Assembly (NCBI GenBank): GCA_030447745.1
Contig: JAUJOH010000010.1
Location: forward strand, 35,374 to 99,373
Direction: 5' to 3'
DNA: 64,000 nt
Source: Chloroflexota bacterium
Lineage (GTDB): Bacteria; Chloroflexota; Limnocylindria; Limnocylindrales; CSP1-4
In this document: positions 42,050 to 52,002 of the stretch, in pieces
How positions within the stretch are numbered: the first letter of the stretch is position 1
How the letters are laid out: the number at the start of each line of letters is the position of its first letter
Notes under the pieces: model-generated
What the model was told of the DNA's origin: nothing
The model's input: only the letters and a program-made list of their open reading frames with translations
Databases searched by the model: none
Position numbers and translations under genes: made by a program

Positions 42050-42754
42050 CTACGGCGCCATCCCGGCCAGGTCGATCTCGCCGGTCAGGACCAGCGCGTC
42101 GTCGACCACCGTCGCGGAGGTGAACCGCAGCGGATCGGCGGGGACCAGCCCGACGCGTGGGCTGCCCGGCACGTTGAGCGCCATCGAAAGCGCGCCGTCC
42201 GGCTCCACGACGATGCGGCCCTCGACCCGGACGAGGAAGAGGTTGAACACGAGACGATCCGGCGCCTGGAGCGAGGCGGACCCGCCGGTGATCCCGGTCT
42301 GCGCCTCCAGCCCGGCGAGCGCCGCCCGCTCGACCTCCGCGGCGGGGATGCGGATCGTTGCTTCGACCGCGTCCGGCGGTCCGACGAGATCCACTCGCTC
42401 GGCCTCGATCGAGGAGCCGCCGGCCGTCCGCAGCGTCACGCCGTCGAGCCGGCCCTCGAGGCCGGCGACCGTTCGCGACTCGAGCTCACCGTCGAGCAGC
42501 ACGAGCTCGACCCGGCGCGCCTGCAGCTGGCCGAACGACACGTCCTCGGAGTCGATCTCGAGGCGGTCTGCGTGCCCGCCGATCAGCTCCCACGGCGGGT
42601 CGGACGCCACGCGGACGGTCGTTCCGGTGCCGCGAAGGCCTGCCGTGGCGAGCGATCCCTCGACCAGCCTGCCCGCGATGCCGGGCCCACCCAGCAACGC
42701 CGCGACGGCAACCAGCAGCGCGACGACACCCGTCAGCGAGACGATGCTGCACAT
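42050..42754 (-). CDS. LmeA/DUF2993-like exported protein
   Basis: N-terminal TM, then VRVASDPPWELIGGHADRLEI... beta-rich, ending ALVLTGEID. Confidence 0.6.
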   Translation of the reverse strand: MCSIVSLTGVVALLVAVAALLGGPGIAGRLVEGSLATAGLRGTGTTVRVASDPPWELIGGHADRLEIDSEDVSFGQLQARRVELVLLDGELESRTVAGLEGRLDGVTLRTAGGSSIEAERVDLVGPPDAVEATIRIPAAEVERAALAGLEAQTGITGGSASLQAPDRLVFNLFLVRVEGRIVVEPDGALSMALNVPGSPRVGLVPADPLRFTSATVVDDALVLTGEIDLAGMAP

Positions 42755-42757
42755 CCC

Positions 42758-44425
42758 TCAGCGTCCTGCGGCCGGCTCGCCGGACGCGTAACCGAGCGAG
42801 GCGAGCGCGTCGAGGGCGACCCCGCGCTCGTCGTACGGCACCGGACCGGCCGGTCCGATGATCGATCGCTCGTGACCCTTTCCCGCGAGCAGCACCACGT
42901 CGCCCGGTCGCGCGCGCTCGATCGCGGCCGCGACGGCCGCCGGTCGATCAGGGACGAGCAGCAGATCATGGCCGCGGCGCTTGCCGGCCGACTCCGCGCC
43001 ACGGGCGATCTCGTCGAGGATCCCCTCGCGATCCTCGCCCCGCGGGTCCTCGTCCGTGGCGACGACGAGCCGGCACCGCTGACCCGCGATGCGGCCCATC
43101 ATCGACCGCTTGCCGGTGTCTCGTTCTCCCGCCGACCCGAAGACCGCGATGAGCTCCCCGCCGCGCGCGGCGGCGAGTGGCGCGAGCAGCCCGAGGACCT
43201 TCTCCAGCGCCGCCGGGCTGTGCGCGTAGTCGACGACCACGCCGAACGGCTGGCCGGCGTCTACCCGTTCCATCCGACCGGGCACGCCGGTCAGCCCGTC
43301 CAGCCCGGCCCGCACGGCGGCCGCGTCGAGCCCCCACGCGTCACCGAGTGCCACGACGGCGAGCGCGTTGTGCACGTTGAAGCGCCCCGCCAGCTGGAGC
43401 CCCAGGCGAGCCTCGCCGGATGGCGCGGCGAGGGTGACCCGGAGGCGGCGCGCGTCCTCCTCGACCCGGGTCGCCCGGACGTCGGCTGCGGGGTCCGTGC
43501 CGTAGGTGATCACGCGCGCCCGCGCTTCCTGGGCGACGCCGACGAACAGGCCGGCGCTCGGGTCATCGGCGTTGACGACGGCGACTTTCGGCAAGGGACC
43601 ACCCGGCAGCGCTTTCTGTGGGTTGAGCGGACCGGCGGCGAGCCGCTCGAAGAGCGAGAGCTTGGCCCTACGGTACGCCTCCCACGTGCCGTGGAACTCG
43701 AGATGCTCGTGGGTCACGTTGGTCAGGACGGCGGCGTCGTAGGCGATCGCCCCCACGCGCTCGAGCGCAAGGCCATGCGACGTCGTCTCCACGACCGCGG
43801 CGTCGTCCCCCGAGGCCCGCATCGCCTGAAGCGCGGCCTGGAGCGCCGGCGCCTCCGGCGTCGTGGCGTGCTCGGCGTTCGCCTCGCCGATCCCTCCGAT
43901 CCTCGTCTCGACGGTCCCCACGAGCCCGACCGACAGCCCGGCCGCCTCGAGGCCCGCCACCCCGAGGAACGACGTGGGGGAGTTGCCGTCCGGCCCGGGG
44001 AGTCCCGCGACCGCGAGCTCCCGGCGGGGAGCGCGGTCCCACCGGGCGGCGGCGGTCGCGAGGGCGGCCCGCGTGCCGTCGACGACGAGCTGCGGCAGGG
44101 GCGTGCCCGGGACCGCCCGCTCGACGAGCGTCGCGGCGGCGCCCGCCGCGGCGGCCATGGCCACGAAGTCGTGCCCGTCGACGTGCGCGCCGGGAACGGC
44201 GACGAACAGGCCGCGCGGGCGGACGTGGCGCGAGTCGTGGCTGACACCGGCGACCTCGATGCCGGCGAGGGCCGCGGGACCGATCGCCCGGCCGTCGGCG
44301 CGGGCTCCGCGGAGCCGGCCCTCGGCGGCGAGGCGGTCGATCAGCCCGGCGAGCGGGCGCGGTCCTGCCGGTTCGGCGGCGGCCAGGCGTTCGGCGATCG
44401 TCGTCGCCGGCCGGTCCAGCGTCAC
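42758..44425 (-). CDS. murE: UDP-MurNAc-tripeptide synthetase MurE
   Basis: HDSR, DGHDF, TTPE, ETTSHGL, TNVTHEHLEFH, VPGRME, VDYAHSP, DEDPR, LAGKGHE. The P-loop reads aberrantly. Confidence 0.9.
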   Translation of the reverse strand: MTLDRPATTIAERLAAAEPAGPRPLAGLIDRLAAEGRLRGARADGRAIGPAALAGIEVAGVSHDSRHVRPRGLFVAVPGAHVDGHDFVAMAAAAGAAATLVERAVPGTPLPQLVVDGTRAALATAAARWDRAPRRELAVAGLPGPDGNSPTSFLGVAGLEAAGLSVGLVGTVETRIGGIGEANAEHATTPEAPALQAALQAMRASGDDAAVVETTSHGLALERVGAIAYDAAVLTNVTHEHLEFHGTWEAYRRAKLSLFERLAAGPLNPQKALPGGPLPKVAVVNADDPSAGLFVGVAQEARARVITYGTDPAADVRATRVEEDARRLRVTLAAPSGEARLGLQLAGRFNVHNALAVVALGDAWGLDAAAVRAGLDGLTGVPGRMERVDAGQPFGVVVDYAHSPAALEKVLGLLAPLAAARGGELIAVFGSAGERDTGKRSMMGRIAGQRCRLVVATDEDPRGEDREGILDEIARGAESAGKRRGHDLLLVPDRPAAVAAAIERARPGDVVLLAGKGHERSIIGPAGPVPYDERGVALDALASLGYASGEPAAGR

Positions 44426-44464
44426 TGGCGCCGCCCTGCCACTCCCATTCGCACCGGCACGCGC

Positions 44465-45553
44465 TCAGTCGCCGTCGCGCCGAACCCCGCGGATCTCCTC
44501 GAGGCGGTTCCGGACGCGCAGGGCCGACTCGAAGGCGAGGCAGCCGAGCGGGTCCAGGACGAGGTCCCAGGACCCGACGTACTCGACCAGCCGGCCGCCC
44601 CAGCCCTCCTTGAAGGCGGCGACCGCCGGCGTGGGCAGCCCCCACAGGTCGTAGCGCCGGTACCCCTGCTCCTGTGCCCGCCTGATGGCGTGCCACTTGA
44701 TCAGGTAGTTCGCGCGACGCTTCGCGCCGGCGTCGGTCATCCCACCGTAGAGGTCGTTCGTGGTCGGGCCCCAGCCGATCAGGAAGATCGTGGCGAGCGT
44801 CTCGCCCGCGGACGTCTCCGCAAAGAGCAGGTCGGCGGCCCCGGACGGCGAGTACGCGGCCCACAGGTTGCGGTAGGTCTCCTCGGTCCGGTACGGGATC
44901 CCGGCCCGGATCATCGACTGCACGTGGACGGCGTGGAACTCCGACAGCCGCTCGGCCCCCGCAGGCACGACCGTCGCGCCGTCCCGCCCGGCCTTCGTGA
45001 TCGACTGGCGCCACTTGCGGTGGATGCCCGACCAGACCTCCTCCTCGGGACGGTCGATGTCGAGGACGCGGGTCACGCGCGGGTTCACCTCGGGCGCCCG
45101 GCGCCATCCGGCCCGACGCAGCGCCCGGGCGAGCGAGCCGTCCGGGTCCTCCAGCTCCGGGTCGATCCGGACGTGCGCGACGCGCATCTCCGCGGCCGCC
45201 TCGCGGACCGCCTCCGTGAACGCGCCGATGGCATCGTCGTCGAGCGGTCCGGTCGAGACGGGCCCGCGTGCGGCGTAGCCGAAGCCCCTGGGGAGTGGTC
45301 GCGGACGGCGGACGAGGATCTGCGCACCGATCGGCCCGCGTGGCCCGTCGGCGACGACCCGATGGGCCGTCCATCCGTTCGCCCGCTTGACGGTCGCCCA
45401 CGGCGACGCCTGGAGGTACGAGGAGGCACGCGCCCCGGTGACGAACGCGTCCCAGGCGTCCGGGTCCTGCCGGAGGGTCGCGGCGGCGACGGCGCGGCCG
45501 GTCATCCGCGCCCCCTCCCCCCGGAGCTCGGGCGCGGCGCTCGCGGCGGTCAT
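44465..45553 (-). CDS. FemABX-family peptidyl transferase
   Basis: WDAFV...YLQ..PW..VK..NGW, YAARGP, RIDP, KWRQSI.KA.R.G, YGG, YDLWG, FKEGWGG..VEYVG.WDL. Confidence 0.88.
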   Translation of the reverse strand: MTAASAAPELRGEGARMTGRAVAAATLRQDPDAWDAFVTGARASSYLQASPWATVKRANGWTAHRVVADGPRGPIGAQILVRRPRPLPRGFGYAARGPVSTGPLDDDAIGAFTEAVREAAAEMRVAHVRIDPELEDPDGSLARALRRAGWRRAPEVNPRVTRVLDIDRPEEEVWSGIHRKWRQSITKAGRDGATVVPAGAERLSEFHAVHVQSMIRAGIPYRTEETYRNLWAAYSPSGAADLLFAETSAGETLATIFLIGWGPTTNDLYGGMTDAGAKRRANYLIKWHAIRRAQEQGYRRYDLWGLPTPAVAAFKEGWGGRLVEYVGSWDLVLDPLGCLAFESALRVRNRLEEIRGVRRDGD

Positions 45554-46608
45554 CTGCGCAGGCCCGCGATCAGCCGGCGGACGCGGCGTGCGGCCAGCCC
45601 CGCCCGGTAGACCGCCGGACGGAGGACCGTCTCGTGGGCGCCGGCGGACGCCACCCACTCGGCCCCGAACGAGGCCTTGTGCTCGTAGAGGCCGTAGCCC
45701 GGGTCGCCTGGTTCGGGCCGGCGCCGCGCCCCCGCGGTGTCGACGCCGCCGAGGTCGATCGACGGGTAGCCGGCCTCGACCGCCTCCCGGATGGCATGCC
45801 AGCGGAGCAGGTGCATCGTTCCGGGCAGCTCGCGGCGCATATCAGCCCGGTCGCCCGAAAAGGCAGTCGCCAGGTGGCCTCCCTGGCAGTACGCGAGCAG
45901 CCCCCCGAGCACGCATCCCTGATGGACCGCGAGCCAGAGGCGAGCCTGCCGCGCGTCGAGGACCCGGCGCCACCAGGCCAGGAAGCCCCGGTCCGATGCG
46001 AAGTTGAACCGCCGTCGCTCGGCCGCCGCGTCGACGAGCGCGGCGAACGCCTCCAGGTGCACGCCGCGCGCATCGTCGACGACCTGCGTGCCGGACCGCT
46101 CGGCGGCGCGGATCCGCTGGCGCGCCTGCTTGGAGACGCGCGCGCGGACGGCCTCCAGGTCGTGTCCCGGTTCCCAGCTCAGGATCATCCGGTGGCGCGA
46201 TGGCTGCAGCTCCTCGGTCGGACGGTAGCCGGCGGCGGCAAGAGCCCGATCGTACGCTGGATCCTCGTCGAGCTCCGGGTCCACGGCGAGGATCGTGCCT
46301 CCCTCGCCACGGACCCAATCGGCGAGACCGGCCGCCCGCGCGGCGACCGGTTCCACGCCGTCACCGCCGGAGATCGGCCCGCGGGGCGCGTACGCGACGA
46401 AGCCCGGCAACGGCGGCTGCGGGTGCGTGAGGACGAGCGCCGAGGCCCCGTCGGCGAATCGGAGGAAGTGGGACCGCCAGCCCTGCGCCGCGCGGTGCGC
46501 GGCCCACGCGGTTCCCTGCAGAACGTGACCGCCCGGCGGATCGACGGTCCGGGCGTCCCAGCCGTCGGGCGGCGCCGATGCCGCCCCGACCACCGCGATC
46601 GGCATCAC
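45550..46608 (-). CDS. FemABX-family peptidyl transferase (divergent)
   Basis: HVLQGTAWA, YAPRGP, VDPE, RQRIRAAERSG, LRWHAI, DLGG, GLYEHKASFG. Confidence 0.85.
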   Translation of the reverse strand: MMPIAVVGAASAPPDGWDARTVDPPGGHVLQGTAWAAHRAAQGWRSHFLRFADGASALVLTHPQPPLPGFVAYAPRGPISGGDGVEPVAARAAGLADWVRGEGGTILAVDPELDEDPAYDRALAAAGYRPTEELQPSRHRMILSWEPGHDLEAVRARVSKQARQRIRAAERSGTQVVDDARGVHLEAFAALVDAAAERRRFNFASDRGFLAWWRRVLDARQARLWLAVHQGCVLGGLLAYCQGGHLATAFSGDRADMRRELPGTMHLLRWHAIREAVEAGYPSIDLGGVDTAGARRRPEPGDPGYGLYEHKASFGAEWVASAGAHETVLRPAVYRAGLAARRVRRLIAGLRR

Positions 46609-47675
46609 GTCGCATCGCCGTCGGTCGTGGCGTCGCCCGTGCCGCCGGGTGCTGCTCCGCCACGGACGCCGTGCCGGAGCCTGGCGGCGCTGACCACGGC
46701 CCGCCGGGCGACGTTCGTGACCGCGTTGCCGAGCCGGTCGACGACCAGGACCCGCCCCCCGACGTACTGCACCTCGCGCCCGCCGAAGCCGGACTTGAAC
46801 CGCTCGATCCCGGCGTGCGCGACGCCCCACATGTCGTAGACCTCAAAGCCGCGCTCGCGCGACGACCGGATCGCCTCCCACTTCAGGAGGTAGTTCGCGC
46901 GCGACCGCGCCCCGGCCTCGGACATGCCGCCGTACGGCTCGATCACGCGCCGGCCACAGGTCAGCAGGAGCAACGCCGCCGCGGGATGCCCGTTCGGCAG
47001 GCGGGCCAGGAGGAGGCGAGCGCGACCGCCCTCGTCGTACGCCCGGAACACGTCCTCGTACGCCTGCCGTGAGCGGTGGACGAACCCCGCTCGGCGTGCC
47101 GTCTCGACGTACAGCCGGTAGAAGTCGTCGATCCCCGCGGCGCCCGCGTCCTCGACCGTCACGCCGGTGCGGCGCGCCTTGGACACGTACTGGCGCCACT
47201 TCGAGCGGAGGTCGCCCCACAGCGCGCCCTCCTCGCGGCGGAGGTCGACGAGCCTGGTCCGATCGGCCTGGATCGAGGCGGTCGGTCGCCAGCCGGCACC
47301 ATCCAGGTGGCCGACCAGCGGGTCGCCCGGCTCGACCTCCGGGTCGACCGTCACCTGCACCAGCCGATGGCGGCGGGCTGCCGCTCGCAGCGCGTCCGTG
47401 AGCGCCGCCACGCCAGCGCCATCGAACTGACCTCCGACGGGGCCGCGCGGTGCATAGCCCACCCGCCACGGGGTTGGCCGGAGGTCCCTGACAAGCAGCT
47501 GCAGCCCGATCGGGCCCGGACCGGTGTCGACGACGAGCCGCAGCGACCGCCAGCCGTTCGCCTGCTTGACCCGGGCCCACGCCGTGAGCTGGGTGTACGA
47601 GCCGGTCGGCGCGGCTTCGACGAATGCGTCCCAGGCGTTGGGATCGGCCCGGAGCGTGTCGGCCGCGGCCGTCAC
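46605..47675 (-). CDS. FemABX-family peptidyl transferase
   Basis: WDAFV...YTQ..AW..VK..NGW, YAPRGP, KWRQYVSKA, ANYLLKW, YDMWG, FKSGFGG. Confidence 0.88.
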   Translation of the reverse strand: MTAAADTLRADPNAWDAFVEAAPTGSYTQLTAWARVKQANGWRSLRLVVDTGPGPIGLQLLVRDLRPTPWRVGYAPRGPVGGQFDGAGVAALTDALRAAARRHRLVQVTVDPEVEPGDPLVGHLDGAGWRPTASIQADRTRLVDLRREEGALWGDLRSKWRQYVSKARRTGVTVEDAGAAGIDDFYRLYVETARRAGFVHRSRQAYEDVFRAYDEGGRARLLLARLPNGHPAAALLLLTCGRRVIEPYGGMSEAGARSRANYLLKWEAIRSSRERGFEVYDMWGVAHAGIERFKSGFGGREVQYVGGRVLVVDRLGNAVTNVARRAVVSAARLRHGVRGGAAPGGTGDATTDGDAT

Positions 47676-49342
47676 GCGGGACGCGGGCGGCGGACCAGCC
47701 CGGTCGCCACGGCGACCAGCGCGGGAAGCTCCGGCGCCCGGAGGAGGAGACTCATCGCGGCGTATCCTACCCCGCCGACCGCGGCCGCCGACACGGCGCG
47801 GACGACGGCCTCGACGAAGCCCGGGCCGTCGATCCCGCGCTGGTCGAGACCCGCCAGGACGGCCAACGCCGCCGCGCCGGCGACCAGCGAACCGACCCCC
47901 GCCCGGACGAACGTCGAGCCGACCGGAGCCAGCCGGAGCGCGGCGAAGCGGCGCTTGAGCAGGACGAGGAGGATGCCGGCCTCGATCCACGCCCCGGCCG
48001 CGATCGCGAACGCGAGCCCGGCCAGCCCGAACGGCCCGACCGCGACCGCGCCCACGACCACATTGACCGCGACGGTGAAGATGGCGGCCGCGACCGGGGT
48101 CATGGTGTCCTGGTCGGCGTAGAAGGCGCGGGCCAGGACGCCGATCAGCGAGTGGGCGGCGAGCCCGATCAGGAAGACGGCCAGCGTCGTCGCCGTCACC
48201 TCGATCGCCGCCGCCGTGAACGCGCCGCGCCCGAACAGCATGGCGACGACCTCCTCGCGCAGCACGATCCCGAGCACGGCGACGGGCAGCATCACGAAGA
48301 GCAGGAGCCGGAGGGCGCGGCCCACCAGGGCGACGTAGTCGGCGATCGCGCCGGCGGCCAGCTCGTGCGACAGCGCCGGCAGGATCACGATCCCGAGCGG
48401 CACGCCGATCACGCCGAGCGGGATCTGGAGCAGCGCCATCGCGATGTTGAAGGCGGACACGGACCCCGCGGCAAGGGCCGACGCGAATGCGGTCATGGCC
48501 AGGAACGTGACCTGCGTGGCCCCCAGCCCGAGCGCGCGCGGCGCCATCAGGACGAGGACGCGACGCGACAGCGGCTCGTCGAGGTCGATCCTCGGCTGGT
48601 ACCGGAACCCGACGCCGAACATCGGGCGGACCTGGACGAGCAGGTGACCGAGCGCCCCGACGACCACCCCGACGGCGAGGCCCGTGACGCCGAGCGCCGG
48701 GGCGAGGAAGATGGCGCCGCCGAGGATCCCGAGGTTGTAGGCGATCGGCGCGAGGGCCGAGGCGGCGAAGCGACCGCGAGCGTTCAGCACGCTCGTGGCG
48801 ACGGCGCCGAGCGCGAGCAGGATCGGGCTGAGCAGCATGATGCGGGTCAGCTCGACCGTCCGGGCCAGCTCCGCCGGGCCGAACCCCGGCGCGATCGCCG
48901 GCACGAGCAGTGGCGCGAGCACGAACAGGACCACGGCCAGCACGAGCAGCGCGGCCAGCATCAGGTTCATGACCGTCGAGACCACGCGCCACGCCCGCGC
49001 GTCGTCGTTCGTCGCAAGCAGGCCGGAGACGATCGGGATCACGGCGGACCCGAGGGCACCGGCGGCGACGAGCTGGAAGACGAGGTCCGGGATCCGGAAG
49101 GCCGCGTAGAAGGTATCGAGCTCGCGGCCGATGTTGAACGTCGTCGCGATGACGACGACGCGGACGTATCCGAGGGCCCGCGAGGCGAGGAATGCCGCCG
49201 TCACGATGAGGCCCGCCTGGGCGAGCCGGCGGTTCATCGTCACGGCGCCGCGAGACCGGTGGCGGCGGTCCGGCCGTGCCGGCGGCGGCTCTTCTCGAGG
49301 ACGGTCCGGCGCGGCCGGCTCGTGGCTGGTACGCGAGCTCAC
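47672..49342 (-). CDS. murJ: Lipid II flippase MurJ (copy 2); start may instead be ATG 49237
   Basis: SRALGYVR, AFRIPD, GALGSA.IP, QIPLGVIG, LARAFYA.QDT.TP. Confidence 0.9.
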   Translation of the reverse strand: MSSRTSHEPAAPDRPREEPPPARPDRRHRSRGAVTMNRRLAQAGLIVTAAFLASRALGYVRVVVIATTFNIGRELDTFYAAFRIPDLVFQLVAAGALGSAVIPIVSGLLATNDDARAWRVVSTVMNLMLAALLVLAVVLFVLAPLLVPAIAPGFGPAELARTVELTRIMLLSPILLALGAVATSVLNARGRFAASALAPIAYNLGILGGAIFLAPALGVTGLAVGVVVGALGHLLVQVRPMFGVGFRYQPRIDLDEPLSRRVLVLMAPRALGLGATQVTFLAMTAFASALAAGSVSAFNIAMALLQIPLGVIGVPLGIVILPALSHELAAGAIADYVALVGRALRLLLFVMLPVAVLGIVLREEVVAMLFGRGAFTAAAIEVTATTLAVFLIGLAAHSLIGVLARAFYADQDTMTPVAAAIFTVAVNVVVGAVAVGPFGLAGLAFAIAAGAWIEAGILLVLLKRRFAALRLAPVGSTFVRAGVGSLVAGAAALAVLAGLDQRGIDGPGFVEAVVRAVSAAAVGGVGYAAMSLLLRAPELPALVAVATGLVRRPRPA

Positions 49343-50997
49343 GACCGCCCCCGACGGTGCAGCAGGTCGGTCATGAGCGCGATCATCGAGGCGAGCTCCG
49401 GGATCCGCAAGACGACGCTCAGCACCAGGTAGACGGCCCCGAACGCGACCGTCACCAGGACCGACTGCGCGACGAGCGCGAGCGGGCCGGGATCCGGTCC
49501 GATGAGGCCGTCGATCGCATAGAGCGCGAGCAGCCCCAGCGCACCGGCGACGACCGTCGCCAGGGCGGCCTCGAGGCCGACCCGCACGACGTCGCCGACG
49601 CCGAGCGACGGCAGCCTCCGCGTGAGCAGCACGATCAGCACGGCCGCCTCGATCCACGCCGCGACGGCGATCCCGGTCGCGATGCCGGCGAGCCCGAGCG
49701 GACCGACGAGCAGCGTGGCAAGGACGGTGTTGACGACGACCGCGAGGACGGCCGCGCCGACCGGAGTTCGGGTGTCCTGCCGGGCGTAGAACGCCCTCGC
49801 CAGCAGCGCGATCAGCGCGTGCGCCGCGAGGCCGCCCAGGAAGAACAGCAGCGCGTTCGCCGTCAGGTCGATGTAGGTGCTCCCGAGACCCGGGAACAGG
49901 ACCGTGACGACCTGCCGGCGGAGGATCGCGAGCAGCCCGGCGATCGGCAGCATCACGTACAGCAGCAGCCGCAGGCCGCCCGTGACGAGCCCTACGTACT
50001 CGCGCTCGCGGCCGGCCGCCGCGACCCGCGCGAGCGACGGGAACACGACCACCCCGAGCGGAACGCCGATGACGCCGACCGGGATCTGGAGCAGCGTGAA
50101 CGCGGCGTTGTAGGCGGTGACGGCGCCGGTGCCGAGCATCGTCGCCAGCGAGGTGACGACGACGAACGTGATCTGGCTGGCTCCCAGCCCGACCGCACGT
50201 GGCGCCATCAGTCGGAGCGTCTGACGCGCCCGATCGTCAGCAAGGGCCGCCACCGGTTCGTACCGGAAGCCGATGCGCCGCAGCCCGGGCAGCTGGACGA
50301 GGAGATGCGCGAGCGATCCCACGACCACGCCGATCGCCAGCCCCTGCACGCCGAGGCTCGGGGCGAGGAGGACGGCGCCCGCGATGATCGCGACGTTGTA
50401 GACGATCGGCGCCATGGCCGCCGCGGCGAACCGGCCGGAGGCGTTCAACACGCTCGTCGCCACGGCTCCGAGCGCCAGGAACACGGGGCTCAGGAGCATG
50501 ATCCGCGTCAGCTCGACGGTGCGCGCCGTGTAGAGCGCGTCGAAGCCGGGCGTGATCGCCGGCACGATCGCCGGGGCCGCGACGGAGAGCCCCACCGCCA
50601 GCACGGCGAGGGCGATCAGCATCACGTTCGTGACCGTCGATACGACTCGCCACGCCCGCTCGTTGGCGTCGGCCGCCAGCAGGGTGGCCACGATCGGGAT
50701 CAGGGCCGACCCCAGCGCGCCGGCGGCGACCAGCTGGAAGACGAGGTCCGGCAGCCGGAAGGCGGCGAAGAAGGCGTCGAGATCCGCCGATGCGCCGAAC
50801 GTGTTGAGGACCACCACCGTGCGCACCCAGCCGAGCGCCCGGGAGGCGAGAAACGCCCCCGAGACCACGATTCCCGCGATCGCCAGTCTCCGGCCACGGC
50901 CGGCCGGCGGCGCCGAAGGACCGGGAGTGTCCGCTGCCCGCCCCGGGTGCGCGACCGCCGTCGGAGGGTCGATCGGGCCGGTGCGCCCGCTCGTCAA
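49339..50997 (-). CDS. murJ: Lipid II flippase MurJ (copy 1)
   Basis: SRALGWVR, AFRLPD, GALGSALIP, QIPVGVIG, LARAFYARQDTRTP. Confidence 0.9.
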   Translation of the reverse strand: MTSGRTGPIDPPTAVAHPGRAADTPGPSAPPAGRGRRLAIAGIVVSGAFLASRALGWVRTVVVLNTFGASADLDAFFAAFRLPDLVFQLVAAGALGSALIPIVATLLAADANERAWRVVSTVTNVMLIALAVLAVGLSVAAPAIVPAITPGFDALYTARTVELTRIMLLSPVFLALGAVATSVLNASGRFAAAAMAPIVYNVAIIAGAVLLAPSLGVQGLAIGVVVGSLAHLLVQLPGLRRIGFRYEPVAALADDRARQTLRLMAPRAVGLGASQITFVVVTSLATMLGTGAVTAYNAAFTLLQIPVGVIGVPLGVVVFPSLARVAAAGREREYVGLVTGGLRLLLYVMLPIAGLLAILRRQVVTVLFPGLGSTYIDLTANALLFFLGGLAAHALIALLARAFYARQDTRTPVGAAVLAVVVNTVLATLLVGPLGLAGIATGIAVAAWIEAAVLIVLLTRRLPSLGVGDVVRVGLEAALATVVAGALGLLALYAIDGLIGPDPGPLALVAQSVLVTVAFGAVYLVLSVVLRIPELASMIALMTDLLHRRGRS

Positions 50998-51989
50998 GCC
51001 GGGTCGTCCGTCGTGGCGCGCGGGTGCGCCTGACGGTATGCCGCTCGGAGTCGCGTGGGCGACACGTGCGTGTAGACCTGCGTCGTGGCGAGGCTCTCGT
51101 GGCCCAGCAGCTCCTGTACCACGCGCAGGTCGGCACCCCCGTCGAGGAGGTGGGTCGCGAAGGAGTGGCGAAGGGTGTGCGGCGAGACGCCCTCCGGGAG
51201 GCCGGCGGCGCGACACAGCCGGTCGAGACGGTAACGCAGCCCGCGCACGCCGAGAGGCTCACCGCGGTGGTTCAGGAAGACTTCCGTCGGCGCGGTCGCC
51301 GCGGAGGCCCGCCGCCCGACGAGGACCGGTCTGCCGTCCGCGAGGTAGCGCTCGAGTGCGTCGACCGCGGGCCGCCCCAGGAGCCCGACTCGTTCTTTCC
51401 GCCCCTTCCCCAGCACCCGGATCTCGCCCCGCCGCGGGTCGAGTGACGCGAGCTCGGCCGCCGCCAGCTCGCTGATCCGGAGACCCGCCGCGTAGGCCGT
51501 CTCGACGATTGCCCGGTCACGGACGGCGAGCGCCGCCAGGAGCTGCCCACGGGCCAGGTCACGATCGCCCGCAGCGTCGAGGCGCCCGGCGCTTTTCCGA
51601 ACGACGCCGCCCTCGATCGCGTCGAGCAGCCGCTCGACCTGCTCGACCTCGAGGACACGCGGCAGCCGGCGCTGCAGACGCGGCGTCGCGATCGCACCCC
51701 AGGGGTCGCCCGGGGCGAGCCCCTCGCGAGCTGCAAAGCGATGGAACGAGCGGATGGCGGCGAGGCGCTGGGCGACGGAGCTCCTGGCGACGGACCCCAC
51801 CAGGGACGCGAGGTACGCGCGCAGGTCCGCCCGCGGGGGCTCGCGCCAGTCCACGCCCCGCTCGCCGCGCCAGGCCAGGTACCGTCCGACGGCGCCCGCG
51901 TACGCCCGCGGCGTGTGTGGGGACACGTCACGAGCCGCGAGCGCCGCCAGGAACCGGTCGAGGGCGGCGACTCCCGCCGGCACCGTCAC
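50994..51989 (-). CDS. xerC: Tyrosine recombinase XerC
   Basis: SPHT.RAY, YAAGLRISE, GKGRKER, HTLRHSFATHLL, LLGH..LATTQVYTH. Lies downstream of topA. Confidence 0.85.
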   Translation of the reverse strand: MTVPAGVAALDRFLAALAARDVSPHTPRAYAGAVGRYLAWRGERGVDWREPPRADLRAYLASLVGSVARSSVAQRLAAIRSFHRFAAREGLAPGDPWGAIATPRLQRRLPRVLEVEQVERLLDAIEGGVVRKSAGRLDAAGDRDLARGQLLAALAVRDRAIVETAYAAGLRISELAAAELASLDPRRGEIRVLGKGRKERVGLLGRPAVDALERYLADGRPVLVGRRASAATAPTEVFLNHRGEPLGVRGLRYRLDRLCRAAGLPEGVSPHTLRHSFATHLLDGGADLRVVQELLGHESLATTQVYTHVSPTRLRAAYRQAHPRATTDDPA

Positions 51990-52002
51990 CCGGTCGCCAC
52001 GG

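Noticed and set aside
6287..51989. The two tyrosine recombinases as mobile-element integrases
   Set aside because: Sequences and contexts (near scpAB/nadK, and after dprA-topA) match chromosomal XerD and XerC.
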